Shown piece by piece: positions 38,330 to 51,825 of a DNA stretch of 64,000 bases. Made by a program: the position numbers and the translations under genes. The notes beneath the pieces are model-generated. The model saw only the letters and a list, made by a program, of their open reading frames with translations, did no database searches and was not told the DNA's origin. The stretch's first letter is position 1. Every line of letters begins with the position of its first letter. Source of the DNA: Lama glama (taxonomy: Eukaryota); assembly GCA_028534125.1 (NCBI GenBank), contig CM052817.1:79362001-79426000 (forward strand), written 5' to 3'.

Positions 38330-38542
38330 TAATGTCACTTTGCTTTAGTTGAATTTACTTTTACAATTACATTCTATTAATGGCAAATGATACTGGGGGT
38401 TTTATGGTAATAACAAAGTTTTCAGGTTTTAAGTAAAAATTATTTAAAGATAAATGTTAAGTACATATTAGAGTAGCTGGGGCATGGATATGGTAAACAT
38501 TATGAAGGTGGCCCAGGGACAGCTGGAGTTCGGGAAACACTA
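38330..38542. mobile_element. hAT-Charlie-type DNA transposon fragment
   Basis: Ends 'gagttcgggaaacacta', resembling a Charlie terminal repeat, preceded by AT-rich internal sequence. Confidence 0.5.
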
Positions 38543-41195
38543 GCCTAGGATGTTTGATAGTGCAGAGAGGGTGCAGGAGCCCTGCAGATACCGTAGCTGC
38601 CAGGTGGAACGTGGCTTTCCATTGAGACTATTTACTGGGATCTTTTTCAAATTTTATCTCAGATGGATTTTCCAGGATGAATTCTCTCTGAACATGGCAT
38701 TCCCAGCTTATCTACTACATTTCCACAGCTGCACCCTTGTCCTGGCTTTACTAAATCATTTGTTCCCTGGGTTTTGTTGCCTCTGTGACAAAGAATTGGA
38801 GTGTCATGCCCTTGCTTGGACTTTTTCTAAGGAATATTATCAGCACCTTTCCTTACCATATACTTCTGCCCTTCACCCAGCTCTACCATTTATTAATTCC
38901 AGACCCTTATTCATTCTAATCCCTTTAAACTCATCTTCCCTAACTCTACCCACCAAAGTCCTGCCCATCCTTCAAGGACCAGCTCAAAAGCCAATCTCTC
39001 CATAAAGACTTGTCAAATCTTTCTGCAATAAGAATTAATCTCTTCTACCATAGCACTTTTTGAAAGCACTAATAAAAACATATTTCACAACCTGCCTTAT
39101 GGATCGAGTAGATAGGGGGCTCCTCGAAAATAAGGAATTTGTCTCAATTATCTTCATCTAATTAGTAAATACCTAAAAAAGATTTATTAAATTTATTGGA
39201 CCAGAATCAAGTCATGTTTTATTTTCTTTTTTCTTTTTCTTTTATTTTTTCAAATCTTGTTTTAAATTAGTTTGAAATAATCTTGTAATTATTTTGAAAT
39301 CCTACTCTGTCCTTTTTGTACTAATGTTTACTTTATGTTTTCTCAAAAAATGGATCAAAGAATCTCAGTCATGGAAAGAATCTTGAGGCATTATATCACG
39401 ATAAAAGGATATCATTTTAACTATCCAAGGACAAATTTATTCCATTTTGGAAGACATCCAGAAATGTTGAGTTATCTTTCTTAGAAACACATCCCAATTT
39501 TCTGCATCTTTTATTCACAGGAAGCTTTTCCTCACACTGAACCTTAACGTTTCAGTTTAATTTGTTTCTTATTGTTCTAGTCACACAGTCTCCATAAGAA
39601 ACAGCTGGTCACCATCCACTTCATTTGCTCCCATTGCAACCAAAAGTCTGCAGCCCTAAATATCCTCTAGAAAACACACAGATTTCCCTTTTTAATCAAG
39701 AGTCAGTAGACATCCCATACTATCAGGGTAACTTAAGTTTCTCTCTCTCTCCTTCTTTTAGGTGATTTGCATGGTAAACTTCTTTAAACAGAGAGTCCCT
39801 AAGATTACCACTGAGAGGGCAGTATCTTTTAGAGAGGAAATTTGAAGAGAGACTATTATACTGTATTCGAGGAAGTAAAGGGATCAAAGTTAGTTTGTAG
39901 AAAAGGAATGTGGCAATTTAATGAATTCAAAGAAATGTTCACAGGTCACCAATATGATGTGAAAAAACATGTTGAGGGAGGAACTGCAGAAAGTTTACAT
40001 TCTCGTGACCCCATAAGTGAAGTGATTCAAGTCCTCAGCTGAAGTTTGGCCCAAGGAGAAGAGGGTCCATTTGAAGGTTAACTGGGCATACATCATTCCT
40101 GGACACCCTACCAGCAAGACCGACTCCTCACTGTGATGACAGTATAAGGAGAAAAATGTATGCAAATTAATAAATAGTAATTAGAGGTGGAGCCATATGT
40201 AGTCTGCTTTAGTGAAAGATTTTGGGAAGAGTTGGGAGGAAGAAGAGATTAAGTATGAGGTCATTAGAGAAGGAATCAGAGTTGTATATAAAACAGTTAA
40301 AGTGAGGAAACACTCTCAGGAGAATGTGGGGAAAGCACTCCCCTCTGACTGTTCTCACTGACTAGTTGAAACCAGTGTAGGTAATAAAGGATAGAGTTGT
40401 GTATTTATCTGTCTTCTCTCTTCTAACCATTGGCATCATTGACTAGAATGAACTTAAAACAGAAAAGTGGGGAAAGCTCTGTCTCCTGATAACCACTGTA
40501 ATTTTATTTGGACTTAATGCAATTGAAACCGTTGGCAGTTTAGATCATTTTGCCTGCCCAGGAAACTTGGAACCTCCCAGAGCAGAGGAAGTAGAAATGG
40601 GAGTCAAAACAGATGAGTCATAAAAAGAGTGCATGGATAAGAGGAAATAAGAATGTGATCTATCATTTGTTGTTTGATAAAATTATAGAGTTGAACAGGC
40701 TTCAAAAATTTATTGAACTGATTTTTCAAATTTGCTTTAAATTTTACTTAAATATTGTAGGTAAACAATTATTATGTGTTTATTCAATACCTTGCAATAT
40801 TTATCGATTAACTCATTAGAAGAGTTAACAGATACAGTGCTCTTAGAACAGTGCCTGGCACCTGGACTCAGATGAGGTTAGGCATTAGTCTTGGTAGCTC
40901 TTATTCAGTGTAATGCATTCGGCTAGATGCTGTGGGATACAGACAGAGGGTAAAAGACATGGGCCTGAGCTTTTGGAGATTTAAATCTAAGGGCTCCATG
41001 GAAGGCAATTCTATAACTTCTCTAGTCATACACTCTACTATAGGAGTCCCCAAAGCATTGAGCTTGACAGCTGTCCACTTTCTCCCCATCATACACCACC
41101 CTGAAAGTGGAGAGACTTTCCTAAGAGGGAGGAGATCACAGGCTACACCTCTCCCCATCCTATTTCTCAGCAATTTTACAACCACCCTTCTCCCA

Positions 41196-41239
41196 GCACA
41201 CACACACACAAACACACACACACACACGCACACACACAC
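41196..41239. repeat. Interrupted (CA)n microsatellite
   Basis: Directly visible. Confidence 0.95.
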
Positions 41240-41874
41240 CTCTCCATGCTACTGTTAATCATAAGAATTGGGAAAGATAAAAGATTTTTGTCCAGATTGG
41301 TACTTATTTTTTGCACAATACTCAAATTATGTAAATATAAAGGTTAGGGAAAAAATAATTAAATGTGTTAGGTAGCCTCAAAGACAGGATAATTTTCTCA
41401 TATACTTTTAATTTTCAAGGAATAGTATGGAAGTCACTTTCTTCATTAAGATGGACCCCAGTTTTTCCAGAGTGGCTAAGGATGATAATCTGAGAAGCCA
41501 TTCCCCAATCATATGCTTCAATGTAAGATACTAAAAATCCTGACTTCTCTGGGCTAAAGGATTCAGGAATACAGTTAGTTTATGGCTTTAAAGCTTATTT
41601 AATGTCAAGAGATTATTTTTTAATGTGTGGCACACCTACACAGAAATAAATTGTTAGTCACAATCTTGACTATGATATAGGAGGCACCCTTCCTGAGTAC
41701 TGACTCATAACAATATCAGAAAGATATTTGTATCCATAATTGAGACCTATATGGGAACAACCAAATGACTATTGAGAATGAATGAACTGACTCTGGGGTG
41801 AGAACCAGATACTTTTGACCATATAGTTAATTTGTATTAAAATATTCACAATGATATGCATCCCATACAGTGGG

Positions 41875-42480
41875 TTTCTATAGTGTGGGCTCCTTTGACA
41901 GCAGAGCCTATGACAAGAATTCTGGTCTCAGTGGTTTATTTACTCACCCCAGGAAAAAGGGGTGAGGAACAAGAGAGTAAGACAAGGAAAAAAGGAGAAC
42001 TCAATATAGATGGCATTGTAGAAATCACTGCTATGAGCAATAAGAGACTGGATTCCACCAGCAAGTCCACAGAATGTCTTGAAGACTGGAGGCTGGAACA
42101 TTGATCCACCAGCTTGTGTCCCATATTGTTTGAGGGTTACGTCTAGGGCTACTAATGCCCCCACACTCTGGGGCTTGTATTTACATGAGGTCAGAGGATG
42201 TCACCTCCGACAGACCAGACCCCAGGGCAGAATGTGATGGGGGGGTGAGTGAACTGTCCACTGAAGCTGCCGCTTGACATTGGAAGCAGGCCAAGGGGAT
42301 GTGACCCAAGCACTGGAAAGGTCTGCTGCAGGGGTTCTGTGAGCCATTGATGGCTCCGCCTCACTGAGCAGTGGGTGACAGCCGTTAGACACCACAGCTG
42401 ACAGCTGAGTCTTTTCTCCTCTGCTGTGCACACCTTTTCTTTAGATGTCCCACAGTAGCCACAGTGAGATGTTCACTATG
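41875..42480 (-). mobile_element. Probable old ERVL solo LTR
   Basis: 'cagcagagcctatgacaagaattc...gtggtttattt' resembles an antisense LTR polyA region; GC-richer than flanks; family not assigned. Confidence 0.45.
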
Positions 42481-42482
42481 TA

Positions 42483-42982
42483 NNNNNNNNNNNNNNNNNN
42501 NNNNNNNNNNNNNNNNNNNNNNNNNNNNNNNNNNNNNNNNNNNNNNNNNNNNNNNNNNNNNNNNNNNNNNNNNNNNNNNNNNNNNNNNNNNNNNNNNNNN
42601 NNNNNNNNNNNNNNNNNNNNNNNNNNNNNNNNNNNNNNNNNNNNNNNNNNNNNNNNNNNNNNNNNNNNNNNNNNNNNNNNNNNNNNNNNNNNNNNNNNNN
42701 NNNNNNNNNNNNNNNNNNNNNNNNNNNNNNNNNNNNNNNNNNNNNNNNNNNNNNNNNNNNNNNNNNNNNNNNNNNNNNNNNNNNNNNNNNNNNNNNNNNN
42801 NNNNNNNNNNNNNNNNNNNNNNNNNNNNNNNNNNNNNNNNNNNNNNNNNNNNNNNNNNNNNNNNNNNNNNNNNNNNNNNNNNNNNNNNNNNNNNNNNNNN
42901 NNNNNNNNNNNNNNNNNNNNNNNNNNNNNNNNNNNNNNNNNNNNNNNNNNNNNNNNNNNNNNNNNNNNNNNNNNNNNNNNNN
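42483..42982. other. Assembly gap (500 N)
   Basis: Run of exactly 500 N, probably a fixed-size scaffolding gap. Confidence 0.99.
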
Positions 42983-43263
42983 TGGTAACTCTCCAGTAGG
43001 GATTCAAGCTGAGAATGGATTTAACTCTTTGAGAAACACCAAAACAATATTTTATGCTCTGATAAGATACAACCTAAGCACATTGCTATTTAACTATTTC
43101 ATGTCTATCACTGTGTGGGCTACAGTTGCCTAAAGCTAATGTGAACAAATTTCTATAGCAATGACTTCTGTGAACCTCGTAAGATTTATATAATTAACAC
43201 CATTCTTTGACTCTTTGGTGATCTTGAGTAAGGCACAGAATTTTGCTTTTTAGACATCAAGTC

Positions 43264-43975
43264 CATTGGTTCTCACTGGAGGTAATGTTGCTCCCCTCTC
43301 CAAGAGGCTTTTGACAAGCTCTGGAGACGTTTTTGATTGCCATGATGACATCTGGTGGGTAGAGGCCAGGGATGTAGGTGAGGAAAAAGTGATTCTCCTT
43401 CTCTCCTTCTAAGTTCTCTCTGGGCCCCATAACAAAACACAGGTTAACAGAAAAACCAAAGTCAGTTAACATGTATACCTCATGTATATACAGAAAATGC
43501 CCAGGGGAAAATGAGTAACTCTCAGAGGTTTAAATTCAGGCTTAAATTCTATCTTCAGCTAAGACAAAAGAGAGATGGTTGTGGGGAAGGCCAGTTATGG
43601 GGAGGTGACCAGGAAACCAGGGTAAATGAGAGTAAAGTTTGTTAGATTTAAGTCTGTGCCTTCTCCATGCGTAAGAGATTCTGGTGATTTAGTCGTCTGG
43701 TGCAGAGAGGGAGCCACCTTCCATGTGGGGATTTCCTTTGTAAATATATCGTTACAAAAGGGTAATCTTCTCTGTCTTCATAGTTTCTCCTGTGTCTGCT
43801 GTTTATCAAAATAATCAGCTCAAAATAATTATGCCAAAGAGGCACGTTTTAGAGTGGCATGTTCCGCCCTCCTTCACTGCTAACATTCTACAGCTCACAG
43901 GACAGCACCCACAACAAACAAGGAATGGTCAGGTCCCCAAGGTCCACATTGCAGAGGCTGAGAAACTTCAGTCTA
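43264..43975 (+). mobile_element. MER20 (hAT-Charlie), split by an LTR
   Basis: 'tggttctcact...ctggagacgtttttgattgccatga...gggtagaggccaggga' resumes at 43877 'ctgctaacattctacagctcacaggacagc...gaggctgagaaac'. Confidence 0.85.
43373..43876 (-). mobile_element. ERV1 solo LTR (MER34-like), full length
   Basis: TG...CA termini; minus strand starts 'tgaaggagggcggaacatgccactctaaaacgtgcctctttggcataattattttgagctg'. Confidence 0.8.
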
Positions 43976-44027
43976 GAAACATTGAAATTTTACTTCTATT
44001 GATTTTTCGAAGATTAATGCAACTCTC

Positions 44028-44150
44028 CTTTGTGACTTTACTGAAGCTGTTTCACCTTTCGGGGCCTCGGTTTTTTGTGTCGGTGAGAACGTTGTACTAG
44101 ATGAGCTCTAAGGTCACCTCCAACCCTGACAATGGGTGATGTTCTGAGTC
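44028..44150 (+). mobile_element. MIR/MIR3 fragment
   Basis: 'cacctttcggggcctcggttttttgtgtc...actagatgagctctaaggtcacctccaac'. Confidence 0.7.
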
Positions 44151-45269
44151 TGCTCCGTCCATTTCTACGTTGGTCTCCTTAAGTCTTGATATCCTAGGAT
44201 TAGCCTGTTATTGGAAAAGTGGAATGTAAATTAGAATTGATTGTTTAACATTTACTCTCAGCCGTAGAAAAATTAATTATTGAGTTGCTGTTGAGATCAC
44301 AGTATTACTGATTTAACTCTGTTGTGTGATGAATTTTAAAATATGTAAAAGATTAAAGTCACAGCACATTTAAGACAAGTAAGAAATCATTTTTACTTTC
44401 CCAACCTCGTTACCCTTTGGCTGTGCATATCAGCGGGCTCTGTGCATGGTACCAAGACATAGATTCAGAAGGTGCTAGTGTGCTTCAGAAGAAGCAGGCT
44501 TGGGAGGGCATTGCTCCTGGAGTCTTCAGACCAGCATCCTGGTGGTCTATGTGCACGTATTATGGTGCATTTACCAAGAAGGGACCCTGACAAAGCTCAG
44601 TGGATCATTTTCCTTCTACCACGCGATAATGCATGTTCCTCAAAAGGAGAAAGAAAACCTGTCCCAGGAAGTGCCATTCAATTACTGTAACTAATAGTGT
44701 ACTAATAGTGTAAATGCAGAGCTTATTTCCTTCTGTTAGAAAACCCTCCAATGAACAAGATCACCTAAGAAAGTGTCCTTGTAGTTCTTGTTGATAAGAT
44801 CCAAAATATAGAAGACATAGTAACAAGCCTCATTAAGTCTGTGAATTAGTCCAATATAAGGAAGCACTAAGAAATAGGACAAATGGCAGGTCGGAATTGT
44901 CTAGCATGGGATAGCTTCCTTCAATAGCCAAATTCCTCATCATCACACTTACCAGGCACATGTGGAGGGAAGACCCAGTCCCTGTATTGCCTTTCCGTTT
45001 TCCAAGTCATCATTTCCCCTGCTCCTATGAAGGCCCTTGGAAGTGATGAATGCTCTTGTTGGTGGTTACAGTTTTCACTCCAACAGTCCTAGCAATGGAC
45101 CACTACACAAGGAAGTAGCCACACTGGGTTAACCCAGCCCTGGAGGCACTGCCGCACCTGTGCTGCCCGCTTCTGACTCATGCTGGTTTCATAATGCCCG
45201 CAGATGAGCTTTAAACTCTCAATCTGCAGTGTCATGTCTGTGAAATTCTAAGATTCCAAAAAGTTTTGA

Positions 45270-45890
45270 CAGAGCCTAATGCCAAGCCAAAACTCTTAAG
45301 ATAAATTTTAACAGAGATGAATGTAAAATCTTGCATTTGGACCACCACCACCAGCAACAAAAACCCGACCACATAGAGAATGGAGCTCCAGTTTTATGGC
45401 AAAATATATGAAAAAGGCGTGGACTTAAATCTTAATGTGTCCAAAAAATATGATGAAACAGATTAAAATTCATGCATTAGGCAGTATAATTAGAAAAATA
45501 ATTCTCAATATAACGGAGATCAAGAACCTACTGGTCAGATTCACGTGCTGTTCAAGGATTTTCATTTTAATAGGAAGATTGGAAAAGGGAGAGGTCTTAA
45601 TACAATATGAAAAGAAGAATTGTAAGGATACTGGGAGGTTTATCCTATAAAGTAGGGGACTACGGGGAGGTACAACAGCTGTCCCCCATTAGCAGATGCT
45701 TCCAGGGGGACACTTGGAAGGGGAACAGCCTATCTGGTTTTGTTCAGAGAGCAGAACTCTTGACATTAGAAGGGTATAGGGACGTAGACTTTTTGTCTTA
45801 AAATGAATTTTCTAATGATTAAAACTTCTCAGTTATATACTTAATTACTTCACAGAGTGGAAATTCCCTGTTACTAGAACAGAATAAACA
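45270..45890 (+). mobile_element. L3/CR1 LINE fragment
   Basis: 'aatgtaaaatcttgcattt', 'ttaggcagtataattagaa', 'gaattttctaatgattaaa' resemble the decayed CR1 3' region. Confidence 0.6.
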
Positions 45891-46014
45891 AAGATATTAG
45901 CAGAATAAGCAGTCACATATAATATACACAAAGCTCATATGAACTAATTATAAAGAAACACGGTGATTGTTAGCGCTCACCTGTAATTATGACTGCCCCA
46001 CTTAGAGAACGAAT

Positions 46015-46240
46015 AATAAGGATTAGCTCAGGCTCTGGGGTCAGACTGTGTGGCTTCTAATTCCTCAAGACCCCCTTTAATAATTGGATGAGCCTGGAAA
46101 AGTTACCTTACTTCTATGAACTTCAGTTTCTTCATCAGTGACGTGGAGATACCCAAAGTACTTATCTCATAGAGTAGTTTGAAAATTGATTTAGTTAATA
46201 TCTATAAGTACATAGAGCTATGCCTGGCACAAATTAATGT
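46015..46240 (+). mobile_element. MIR SINE
   Basis: 'caggctctggggtcagactg...aacttcagtttcttcatc...tgcctggcaca'. Confidence 0.85.
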
Positions 46241-47475
46241 TGTACAAGAATAACTATTAGAACATATGACTGAATCCTCTAGGACAAGTGGACGGATTGC
46301 TCAACCATGTCCGTGTGGTGTATCTCTCACCAATTTTCAGGCTGTTTGGAGAAATTCCACCTGCATCTTCATCTGTTTCTCCACAGCATGACAGATGGCA
46401 TTCAGATGGAATTCCATCTTTTTCCTGGGCCAAATTGTAGAATGTGTACTAAATGTTTTCTTGTCCAATTACGCAAATTTACTGCCTTATTGGCAGTCAC
46501 ATCCTTGAGGGGTAAGAGCTACTTGGGGCCATGTATATTTTTAGTTAGATTACCAGGTCATAGGACCTCTGGGCAGTGGTCACCAATTCTGTCTGTTCTG
46601 AAGGCTAACTGTTTAGAATGCTGTCTCTGACTTAGCAGATCTATATGTTCTTTCAAAATTCGCTAAAATAGTATGAAACAAAATAGGCTAAGGATAAAGC
46701 CCTCATTCTGTTGTTAGTTAATTCAAAGCGATAGAGCTGATAAAATAGTGATGATTTACAAGTAGCTAAAGATGTCTTGTCTGTACAGCAAACCATAAAT
46801 TTATTCCTGTAAGAGCCAATTAAGGTGTATTTTTAACTTTTAAGTACCCTACTGACATTTCCCATTCACTTAAGTCTTCTCTGTCTTTGTTAGGTCAGCT
46901 CTTCTCTTTTAAGGTACAGATTTTCTTATGAATTATTCTACTGCATTATTCATCTAAATCAATAATACTTAAAAGCTGCATATATCCCACAATATTTATT
47001 TCCTTTACCCTGAGATACTAAAACACCAAGATTCTGATGCAGCTCTCTTTTATCATCTCTCCAAATGAGGTGACTTTATTGACACTTCATTTGGACCTTG
47101 TTAGTAAATGTTCCCCCAAACATGATGGATGAACAGGAGATGCTGAATCAAGAGACTGCTGAAGGCTAAGCTGCCAAAAGTATCAGATCTTATTGGCAGT
47201 TGGCACCTGATAGAGTGAGGGTGGAGGTGATGGACTGAATGGGACCAGGCATAAGCTTTCTAAGCTATTTGTAAACAAGTTGATCAGTGTCATCTCCCTA
47301 ACTTCTTTGAGTCTTTGTGACTTACAAGTAATCTTGAAGCAAAAAAAAAAAAAATGTGGCTATAACCTTGCACCAATGTTTTGTCAGTGTTAATCATTAA
47401 CTTTCCCACTTAGAATCTCAGGAGAGTTTTTATAAAAGACTATATATTAAATTGGGACAAAAGCAGATATCAGTC

Positions 47476-47670
47476 CAGTGGTATGCTAGTAAATGTTTAG
47501 CAACCAGCTCATTGAGAAAAACAATTTTTGAGAAGCCCTGACTTCTAGCTTTTGCTGGTTGGTGTGATAAATACTCCCATGATGGCGGATTTCAAGCTAC
47601 ATGACATGACTGAATATGGAGTTGGTAAGAGGTGTTGCCCAGTCAGCCCTGGTGAGCTGTATCAACAGCT
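47476..47670 (+). mobile_element. MER63-like hAT-Blackjack element
   Basis: 'ccagtggtatgctagtaaatgtttagcaaccagctc' and 'aatactcccatgatggcggatttcaagctac'. Confidence 0.8.
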
Positions 47671-48016
47671 GAAAAATGCAAGTCATTGGGTATCATTCTG
47701 GGTCTCATCAGGAAACATTAAACTTATTATTTGGGGGCCAGTGAGACATACTTTCAAATTATGACTTAAAGTCAAAATAATAATTTTCCTAATATATGGT
47801 ATCACGTCTGAATAGATAAGCCACTATATCAGATTAATATCAGGTTGCTAAAGGCTCTGGAGTAAGATGGCCTAGGGTTTGGGTCCTGGCTTTATTGCCT
47901 GCTAGTGTGTAATCTTGAGTAAGTCACTCAACCTCTCTAAGACTAGTTTAAACATACTATTATGGACTTAGCACAGCACACAAGTAAGCAGTTGGAAGAA
48001 TGTATTTTGTGCAGGA

Positions 48017-48506
48017 TGTATTGGTCAGGGTTCTCCAGAGAAATAGAACCAATAAGATATATGTGCATAGATACATTATGAGAAGATTTATTATAGGATT
48101 TGACTCACAGAATGATGGAGGCTGAAAGGTCCCATGATCTGCCTTCTGGAAGCTGGAGAACCAAGAAAGCTGGTAGTATCATTTAGTCCAAATCCAAAGG
48201 CCTGAGAATTGGGGGAGTTGGAGGTGATGGCGTAAGTGCCGGTCTGGGTCCTGAAGACTGAGAAGCAAGAGCACTGATGTCTGAGGGCAGGAGAAGATGG
48301 ATGTTCCAGCCCAAGCAGAGAGAGGGCATTTGTCCTTCTTTTTGTTCTGTTTGGGCCCTCAACCGATTGGATGATGCCCACCTGCGCTGGTGAGGGTCAT
48401 CTTCTTCCCTCAGTCTGATTTAGTGATACAACCAGAAATGATGTTTTATCAGCTGTCTGGGCATCCCTTAGCCCAGTTAAATTGACACATAAAATTAATC
48501 ATCACA
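48017..48506 (-). mobile_element. ERVL solo LTR (MLT2-type), full length
   Basis: 'tgtattggtcagggttctccagagaaa...ttgacacataaaattaatcatcaca'; 5-bp TSD cagga/gagga. Confidence 0.92.
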
Positions 48507-48889
48507 GAGGACCAGTGTGAGACTATTTCAAGTTTACAAAACTCATCTTGAAGAAATTAACAGCTCTAGGCTCTGTTCTTCCTAAATTCTCTTCTCTCTC
48601 TGTTCTAGGATCCTTTCCTAGAAATATTCCTCAAATCATCCACTCTACTCCAACTCTGAGTCTTTCTCCAAAATAGTCAATCAAAAACCTTACAAGTTTA
48701 AAAGTGTTTTAATTCCATAAATGCATTTCCTGAAAGTTTTCATGCTACTTCTATTGTTGTATTAGTATAATTACACTGTAGTCATAAGAACAAATGATTT
48801 TTTCTTCATGTGCCTTTCCCCTAGTTTGTTATATTGCCATAAATTACTCATGGTTATAGTAAAAAATGAACCCTCTTTATTTTTTAATT

Positions 48890-51033
48890 CTTAATTATTT
48901 TTCCACTTTTTTGGAGAAATAACTGACATACATCACTGTAAAATTTAAGGTGTACGGCCCAATGGTTTGACTTCCATGTATTGTGAAGTGATTATAGCAA
49001 TAGATTCAGCTAACATCCATCATCTCATAGATACAATATAAAGAAAGGAAAGAAGAAAAGAAAAAAACTTTTTCTTCTTCTGATGAGAACTCAGGATCTA
49101 TTCTCTTATCAATTCCCCTATATATTATACAATAGTTTTAACTATGGTCATTATGTTGCACATTACATCCCTATAATGTACTGTAAGTACTTATTTATCT
49201 TATAACTGGAAATTTGTACCTTTTGACCACCTTTCTCCAATTCCCCCTTCCCCACCTTCTGCCTGTGGTAATCTGCTGTCTTTTCCTATGAGTTTGTTTG
49301 TCTTTTTGTTTGTTTGTTTTTAGATTCCACATTTAAGCAAGATCATACAGTATTTGTTTTTCTCTGTCTAACTTATTTCACTTAGCATAATACTTTCAAG
49401 ATCTATCCATGTTGTTGAAAATGGTAGGACTTTCTCATTTTTTGTGGCTGAATAATTTTTCATTAAAAATATGTATACCACATCTTCTTTATTTATTCAT
49501 CCATCAATAGACACTTAAGTTGTTTCCATGTTTTGGCTATTATAAATAATGCTGCTGTGAACATGGGGATGCAGATATCTTTTCCAGTTATTGTTTTTGT
49601 TTCCTTTGGATGCATTCCCAGAAGTAGAAGTAGAATTGCTAGGTCCTATGTATGAATTGTATGATATTTCGTTGTGTTTTTTTGAGGTTTTTTTTAATAT
49701 AGTATTTCTATTTTTAATTTTTTGACAATCCTCCAAACTGTTTTCCATAGTGGCTGTACCAATTTACAGTCCTACCAAGAGTGCACAAAAACTCCCTTTT
49801 CGTCACATCCATGCTAGCATATGTTATCCCTTTTTTTTTTAAATGATGGCCATTCTAACAGGCACGAGGTGATACCTCATTGTGGTAATTTGCACTTCCC
49901 TAGTAGTTATGCTATTGGGTTGTATGTGTTCTTCATATACTTTGGTATTAACCTCTCATCAGACATATGGTTTGGAAATATTTTTTTCCCATTTCATAGG
50001 TTCTTTTCTCACTTTGTTGATGGTTTCTTTTGCTGTGCAAAGCTTTTAGTTTGATGTAGTCCCACCTGTTTAGTTTTGGTTACTTGTGCTTTAGGTGTCA
50101 TATCTAAAATATAATTTCCAAGGCCTAAGTCAAGGAGCTTTATTACTATATTTTCTTCTAGAAGTTTCATGGTTTCAAGTCTTATATATGTCTTTAGCAT
50201 AGTTTAAGCTTAATTTTTTGTGAATGATATAAGATAGGGGCCAGTTTCATTCTTTTACATGCGAATATTCCAATTATCCCATCACCATTTATTGAAGAGA
50301 TTGTCTTTTTTCCACTGAGTATTCTTGGCTCTCTTGTCAAATATTAGTTAACTGTATAAGCTTGGGTTTATTTCCGGGCTCTTGATTCTTTTCCATTGGC
50401 TTATTTGTCTGTTTTTATGCCAGTACCACACTGTTTTGGTGACTATAGCATTATAATATCATTTGAAATCAGGAAATGTGATGCCTCCTGCTTTCTTCTT
50501 TCTCAGGATTTCTTTGGCTATTCAGGGTCTTTTGTGTTTCCATACATTAAATTTTGGAGTGTTTTTTTCCTCCTTCTGTGAAAAAATGCCAATGGAATTG
50601 TCATAGGGATTTTATTGAATCTATAGATGGCTTTTGCTAATATTGACATTTTAACAATATTATGTCTTCCAATGCATGAGCAAGAGTTACCTTTCCAGTT
50701 ATTTTTTATTAATTTCTTTCACAATGTCTTGAAGTTTTTGGAGTAGAGATCTTTCACCTCTTTGGTCAAATTTATTTCTAAGTATTTTTACTGTTTTTGA
50801 TGCTACTGTAAATGGTATCAATTTATTTATTTATTTTTCAGAAAATTCATTGCTAGTGTAAAGAAATGGTACTGATTTTTGTATGTTAATTTTGTATCCT
50901 ACAACTTTACTGAATTCACTGGTGAAATCTAACTGTATTTTGGGTGAGTCTAGGTTTTTCTATATATAAAATCTTGTCACCTGCAAATATAGTCAGTTTT
51001 ACTTCTTCCTATCTAATTCGGATAACTTTTATT

Positions 51034-51066
<33 letters not shown>

Positions 51067-51825
51067 CTGGTTGCTCTAGCTAGGACTTTCAGTGCTCTAT
51101 TGAATAAGAGTGATGCAAATGGGCACACTTGTCTTGTTCCTGATCTTAGAGGAAAAGCTTTCAACTTTTCCCCATTAATTATGATGTTAGCTATAAGTTT
51201 GTCATATATGTCCTTTATTATGTTGAGATGTAGTTCTTCTATGCCTAATTTATTAAAAGTTTTTATTATAAATGGATGTTGAATTTTGCCAAAGCTTTTT
51301 CTGTGTTTATTTGATGATCATATGATTCTTTTATTTCATTCTATTAATATGATGTATTACATTGATTGATTTGTATATGTTGAATCATCCTTGCATCCCA
51401 GGGATACATGTCACTTGATCATGGTGAATGATTTTTAATGCACTGCTGAATTCTATTTGCTAGCATTTTATTGAGGATATCTGCATCTATATTCATCATG
51501 GATACTGACCTGCAGTTTTCTTTCCTAGTAGTGTCCTTTTATGGTTTTGGTATCAGGATAATGTTGACCTCATAAAATGAGTTTGAGAGTATTTCCTCTT
51601 TTTTGATTTTTTGGGAGCACTTGAGAAGGATTGGTGTTATTTCTTCTTTAAATACTTGGTAAAATTCACCAGTGAACCTATTTGGCCCTGGGCTTTTCTT
51701 TGTTGGGAAATTTTTGAATCTCCTTACTAGTAATTGGTCTTTTCCAATTTTCTATTTCTTCCTGATTCAGTCTTGGTAAGTTGTATGTTTCTAAGACTCT
51801 TTTAATTTCTTCCAGGTTGTCTGAA
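48890..51825 (-). mobile_element. About 2.9 kb 5'-truncated L1 (3'UTR plus decayed ORF2 RT/C-terminal region)
   Basis: Minus ORFs give L1 ORF2-like peptides (e.g. 'ETMKLLEENI...LGLGN..LDMTPKAQ'); many stops and frameshifts; T29 tract at 51036-51064. Confidence 0.95.

Noticed and set aside
38550..39005. 151-aa ORF
   Set aside because: No recognisable domain, no splice context, and the 3' half looks like decayed L2 sequence
42441..43007. Longest ORFs in the track (174-188 aa)
   Set aside because: Artefacts of translating the 500-N gap
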